Below are positions 28,983-34,104 of a DNA stretch of 34,104 bases, one piece after another. The DNA is taken from NCBI GenBank assembly GCA_963749915.1, contig CAVVOP010000001.1, positions 1 to 34,104 on the forward strand. Direction: 5' to 3'. A program made the translations under genes and the position numbers. Under the pieces are notes generated by a model, which saw only the letters and a list, made by a program, of their open reading frames with translations, made no database searches and was not told where the DNA came from. The DNA comes from an uncultured cyanobacterium (GTDB taxonomy: Bacteria > Cyanobacteriota > Cyanobacteriia > Cyanobacteriales > Cyanobacteriaceae). Each line of letters begins with the position of its first letter. Within the stretch, counting starts at the first letter, position 1.

Positions 28983-31160
28983 ACCATCCAAGAAATGATT
29001 TTAACTCTACTGACTGGAGATAATCCGAACTTATGCGTAGTGGGAGATGATGACCAAGGTTTATATCGTTTCAGAGGTGCGACTATCAGAAACATTCTCG
29101 AATTTAAAAATAAATTTCCTGAAGGTGCTTGTCAACAGGTAGAATTAACGATTAATTATCGCTCTCATCCTGAAATAATCCGTTTCTATAATAGCTGGAT
29201 GAGATCCCCTGACTGGATAATTCAAAATCAATCTTATCGCTATGATAAACAAATAAAGCCTCGCTCTGATGATTTCCCTGAGATACCTACAGTCATAAAA
29301 GTATCTGGTTTAAGTGCCGTTGATTGGCATGAGGAAATATTAGCTTTTTTATTGGAGTTAAGAGATAAAGGTAATTTAACCGACTGGAATCAAGTAGCAT
29401 TTTTATTTCGCTCGGTAAAAAATGACCAAGTAATAGGATTAGCAAAATTCTTAGAAGATAATGGTATTAGTGTTTACTCCCCTCGCTCAAATCAATTTTT
29501 TGACAGAGAAGAAATCAGGTTAATACTAGGTGCTTTAATCTTTTTATTTCCTCAATTTCCTACTATTAGAAAATGGGATGATGATGTTCATTTAGATATA
29601 TGGGATTATTACGATAATGATTGTTTTCGACTATTTGCTAATGAGTTACGCAAACCTGAAAATGAGGATTTATTGAAGTGGTGTAAACAGTCAGCGAAGA
29701 AACATTTAACTTTAATTGAAAATACTAATTATGCTTTTTCTGGGTTATTTTATCAGCTTTTACAGTTTCCTTTATTTAGTCATTATTTAGACGAAAAGCT
29801 CTTACTAAAAAAAGGTATTACTAATAGTCGATCGATGCGAAATTTAGCTATTTTTTCTCAGCTATTAGCTAAGTTTGAATACCTCAATAATATTAACGTT
29901 TTTTCTCCTAAATATTTAGATAGCTACCTGCAAAAATTATTTAATCAATTTTTCCGTTTTTTAAAAGACGGTGGTATTGATGAATATGAAGATGAGGCTG
30001 AATATGCCCCTAGTGGTTGTGTTTCTTTCTTAACTATTCACCAATCAAAAGGGCTAGAATTTCCTGTGGTGATAGTTGGCTCTTTAAATTCTGTACCCCG
30101 TCGTCAAAGTACAGATTTAGGAGTGATTTTAGAACATAATTACTATCATCGTCCACCTTTTGAACCTCTAGAAGAAATTAAGAATTTTGATTTTTATCGT
30201 CTTTTTTATACTGCTTATTCCCGCAGTCAAAATTTATTAGTTTTAACTTGTCTAGAAAAGCAAGGAAGAGGGAAAACACCTTCTAAATATTTCACCGAAT
30301 ATTTTGAGAGTATTCCTAATTGGAGATCGCCTTCTGTATCTTTCAATCAAATATCTTTAGAAAAGGTCAAAGATGTCAATATTAAAAGAGAATATTCTTT
30401 TACATCTCACCTAACTTTATATGAAAATTGTGCCGAACAATATCGCTTTTTTAAGGAGTTAGAATTTGCTCCTGTGCGCACCAGTCCGATTTTATTTGGT
30501 ACTTTAGTACATCAAACTATTGAGGATATTCATAATACTGTTTTAAGAGGGGAAGAAGGTAAGTTATCGGTAGAAAAAATTAGCAATTGGTTTGATACTA
30601 ATTATGCTTATTTAACTAAACGAGAAAGAGTCTATTTAGCCCCTGTGGTTAAGCAAATTGCCCTGCAACAGGTAATTAATTATTATCAGCGGCGTAATCA
30701 TAATTGGACTAGTATTAAAGAGGCTGAAGTTGATGTTTCTTTGGTTAAGGATGAATATATTTTAAGTGGTAGTGTTGACTTAATTGAAGGGATAAATAAC
30801 ACCATCGAAATTCTGGACTTTAAATCAGAGAAAAAACCAGATATTAATAATAGGAAAGATAAAGAAAAAATTAATCGTTATCGCCGTCAATTAGAAGTTT
30901 ATGCTCATATTGTCGAAAAAAGAACAGGGTTAAAAGTTAGTAAAACTCATCTTTATTATACTAGCGTTGATAATGGCAATCCCTATATTAGTTTTGAGGT
31001 AAATCCCCAGTTAATTAATACAACTATTCAAACTTTTGATAACGTAGTAAATAGAATCGAAAATAAAGATTTTAGTATTAAAGAGCGTCCGATAAAACTA
31101 TGTAAAGATTGTGATTTACAGTCTTATTGTGATGCTAAAAATTGGCAATTTAAGGAATAA
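28983..31160 (+). pseudogene. UvrD/REP-like helicase fused to a PD-(D/E)XK nuclease, 5'-truncated
   Basis: VVGDDDQGLYRFRGA, NYRSH, TIHQSKGLEF, YTAYSR; GSVDL..ILDFKS, QLEVYA, CKDC....YC; Walker A and B are absent and the IS630 end abuts. Confidence 0.82.
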
Positions 31161-31246
31161 AAGAATTTGTTTGAATAATTATTCAATACCTGACATTATG
31201 GTAAAATAATGGAAGAATAAAATAAAAAAATATGTAAATGAGTAAG

Positions 31247-31534
31247 CTATTTCAAAATATCTCTATCTTTCAAGATTTTTTCATATTTATATCGAGTTAA
31301 GGGGCAATCAATTAAGTCTAAGAAATCACTTTTAGTTAACCCACATTGTTTAGCCATTTGTGATAATAAATCATTTGATATAGTTTTCATTTTCTTGGTA
31401 TGACTGGTTTTAGTTTTTACAGTAGTTTTTTTGCCTTCTTGAGTATAATAAATAAAATAATGATGATGAGTTTCGTTAATTTGAAAACCTTTATTTAATA
31501 GCCCTTTTTCTACTTGACTTTTATCTCTAGGCAT
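31247..31534 (-). CDS. HicA-like small basic protein (putative toxin)
   Basis: LLNKGF...THHHYF, SH, LLSQMAKQCGLTKSDF pattern. Confidence 0.6.
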   Translation of the reverse strand: MPRDKSQVEKGLLNKGFQINETHHHYFIYYTQEGKKTTVKTKTSHTKKMKTISNDLLSQMAKQCGLTKSDFLDLIDCPLTRYKYEKILKDRDILK

Positions 31535-32604
31535 TAATTAATCTCCTCAAATGTCTCTAATAAAACTTGTCTTAACTCAAGGGCATCTTCCGCTAATTTT
31601 TCTATATTATCTTTAATATATTCATTCCACATGATGACAATTTGTTCATTAATTTCATGGATTAAATCTTCTCTAGTATAAGCAAAAACATAAAGATTAA
31701 TATTCACATCTTCAACTATAAATAATTGACTGCTTTCTTCATCCATATAAGGTGTTAACATCAATGGATTTTTTAGTCTTAATTTAGTATTTTGATAACT
31801 AACTTCTTTAAGTAAAATAGAAGATAAATCCACAGGTTCAATACGATTAACATCGGTTAATTTAATAGGATGCCCTTCACTATCTAAAGTAAATTTACCA
31901 GTAAATTGAATCAATTGACGGCGATTTTCGATTAAACTATCTTCTAATTCTTCTATATATATACATTCAATTTCTTGATGAGTTTGTTGATATTTAATTA
32001 CCACAGTACGTTTATCGAAGTCAATCCTAATTAAGTCACCCGTAACTGTCATTATTTCTTCTTCAGAAATATCAACATTTAACCAATTATCAATATAACT
32101 ATTAACATTTTCACTAACTAAAATATCAGGTTTATCTTGACTATTAAATCCTAAAATCCAGCCTTCCCCAGCTTTAGGAATAAACTTTCTAAATTCAGTT
32201 AAAACTCTGTTTCTAATTTTAGAATCGGGTAAAATTTCTCTAATATTATCTAAACTATTATTAGCTAAGTTGGTTAAGATAATTTCTAAATTATTAACAA
32301 CTTTTTGATAATCAGTAAAAACTGAAGTTTGACTATTGAGATTAGCTTCAAAAAAAACGGGTACAGCATAACTTCCGAGTTGAGGAATCTGACATTTTAA
32401 AGTATAAAGTTGTTGTAAATCATTAGAAATACGAAAACGTTGTCCGATATTTTTATTTTCTAAAGAAGCGGCGAGTAAATAAACTATTTGTTGAAAACCT
32501 GTTAATGTTCGTGCCAAAATCGGTGCAGGAATTTCTCGGCTATCTTTTTCCTGACTAATCATTTTAATAGTGGCTGTTACATTAGAGTTTTCGTAGGTTG
32601 TCAT
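31534..32604 (-). CDS. Hypothetical acidic protein with possible HicB-like C-terminal domain
   Basis: TAATG stop/start overlap with the HicA-like gene; C-terminal LYVFAYTREDLIHEINEQI. Confidence 0.55.
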   Translation of the reverse strand: MTTYENSNVTATIKMISQEKDSREIPAPILARTLTGFQQIVYLLAASLENKNIGQRFRISNDLQQLYTLKCQIPQLGSYAVPVFFEANLNSQTSVFTDYQKVVNNLEIILTNLANNSLDNIREILPDSKIRNRVLTEFRKFIPKAGEGWILGFNSQDKPDILVSENVNSYIDNWLNVDISEEEIMTVTGDLIRIDFDKRTVVIKYQQTHQEIECIYIEELEDSLIENRRQLIQFTGKFTLDSEGHPIKLTDVNRIEPVDLSSILLKEVSYQNTKLRLKNPLMLTPYMDEESSQLFIVEDVNINLYVFAYTREDLIHEINEQIVIMWNEYIKDNIEKLAEDALELRQVLLETFEEIN

Positions 32605-32720
32605 CTTTATTTAAGGTAATCTTGATTTAACTTTATCCCTTTTCTAATTCTTTTATACTAATAATTTGGGTGAAAAGATAATTATATAATTTTTATCATC
32701 TATTTTTGATTAATTTTTTT

Positions 32721-34104
32721 GGCTCTCTTGGAATTGCCGTGCTTAACCACCATATCTAGTTTGGTCACAGAGAAATAACTATTGTGAGATGATTGAGATA
32801 GGAACTCAAAGGTCAACTCAATATGGATAACTATATTCACATTCCTCTCGATTTGCCAGACGTTAGGATTTTAGACGTTTCCAAGACTAGCAAAGGTCAT
32901 TGGCTGATTCGCATCGAGAGTACCCTTCACGGTACTACATGTCATCGATGTGGTCGCCAAATCAACCACTTTCATGGCTGGGACCAGCCCATCCAACTTC
33001 GACATTTACCGCTGTTTGAGACACCAGTTATGATTGAGTTACGACCAAAACGCTATCAATGTCATCACTGCGACGGTCAACCAACCACAACCCAACGGCT
33101 CAGTTGGCATGAGCTACGCAGTCCTAACACTAAGCCCTATGAACAGTGGTTACTAAAAATGCTCATTCATTAACTCCACTGTTGCAGATGTAGCGAGAAA
33201 ACTGGAGCTGACTGATGAGACTGTTGCTGGCGTACTCAACCGCTGGGTCACGACTAAAGTGAACTGGGATGAGTGGGAAGAAATTGAGGTAGTAGGTATC
33301 GACGAGATCGCACTCAAGCGGGGTCATAGAGACTATGTAGTACTCGTAACAGTACCTTTAATCCCCAAAGGTGTTGAAGTCTTAGCTGTCCTGAGTGACC
33401 GTAAAAAAGAGACTGTCGCCAACTTCTTGGCTTCTATTCCTCCTCGACTTCAAAAAACAGTCAAAAGTATCTGCACAGATATGTACCAAGGATTCGTGAA
33501 TGCAGCCCAAGAGCAACTACCCGAAGTCAAGATCGTCATCGATCGCTACCATGTGGCCCAAGCTTATCGAGACTGTGCTGATCAGGTTCGAAAACAGGAG
33601 CTCAAAGTTCTGAAACGAGAATTGTCTGAGGATGAGTATGAGCAGATTAAGGGAGCGATGTGGCCATTCCGTAAATGTCCGGCGAAGCTCAAGAATGAAG
33701 AGAAACAGCTTCTTGAGCGGCTGTTCAGCTACTCACCTCGGCTCAAACAGGCATATATTCTGCGAGAGGAGTTGACCGACATTTTTGAGAGAAACTACAC
33801 GAAAGGGGAGGGGAAAGATGCGATTCAGGCATGGTGTCAGCGGGTAGTTAAGAGCAACATTCATGAATTTAAAAGCTTTCTGGGAACCGTTGAGACTTGG
33901 CTGGACAAGATCAGCAATTACTTTGTAGAAAGGCTAACCAGCGGCTTTGTCGAAGGTTTTAACAACCGGGTAAAGGTTCTCAAGCGTCGATGCTATGGCA
34001 TATTTGATGTGGCTCACATATTTCAAAGACTGACACTGGACATCAATGGCTATGAAAAATTTGCCTTAACCTAACACTATATCTAGTGGCTATCACGCTA
34101 ATTA
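32721..34104 (+). mobile_element. ISL3-family element; right end runs off the window
   Basis: Left end GGCTCTCTTGGAATTGCCGTG; complementary-like CACGCTAATTA at the window end. Confidence 0.8.
32823..34074 (+). pseudogene. ISL3-family transposase, frameshifted
   Basis: CxxC zinc finger, GIDEIA, CTDM, IDRYHV, EGFNNRVKVLKRRCYG; CATT duplication at 33164-33171 splits the frame. Confidence 0.9.

Overview
Cyanobacterial accessory DNA (frequent HIP1 octamer GCGATCGC, heptamer tandem repeats), probably a plasmid or integrated element with many IS insertions. The centrepiece is a complete diversity-generating retroelement (DGR): target gene 19909-23056 (caspase-like C14 peptidase + nSTAND1-type NTPase + FGE-sulfatase/CLec domain ending in VR 22930-23050), then avd, reverse transcriptase and TR (24708-24827). 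All VR/TR substitutions fall on TR adenines, and the VR carries a +1 insertion. A Trypco1-like gene is divergent from the target. The left part holds a putative replication/partition module (Rad52-like annealing protein, wHTH initiator-like gene with five internal 20-bp repeats, ParB-like gene). After it come cargo genes (folA, pseudokinase, SPFH protein, pfkA, PEP-CTERM hydrolase fragment) separated by diverged copies of the ParB-like gene's own 3' end, the least explained structure in the window. The right part has higBA, a HicA-like/HicB-like pair, a 5'-truncated UvrD-PD(D/E)XK gene, and IS630, IS1634 and ISL3 elements; IS982 and IS4 lie further left. All family calls are by motif recognition, not database search.
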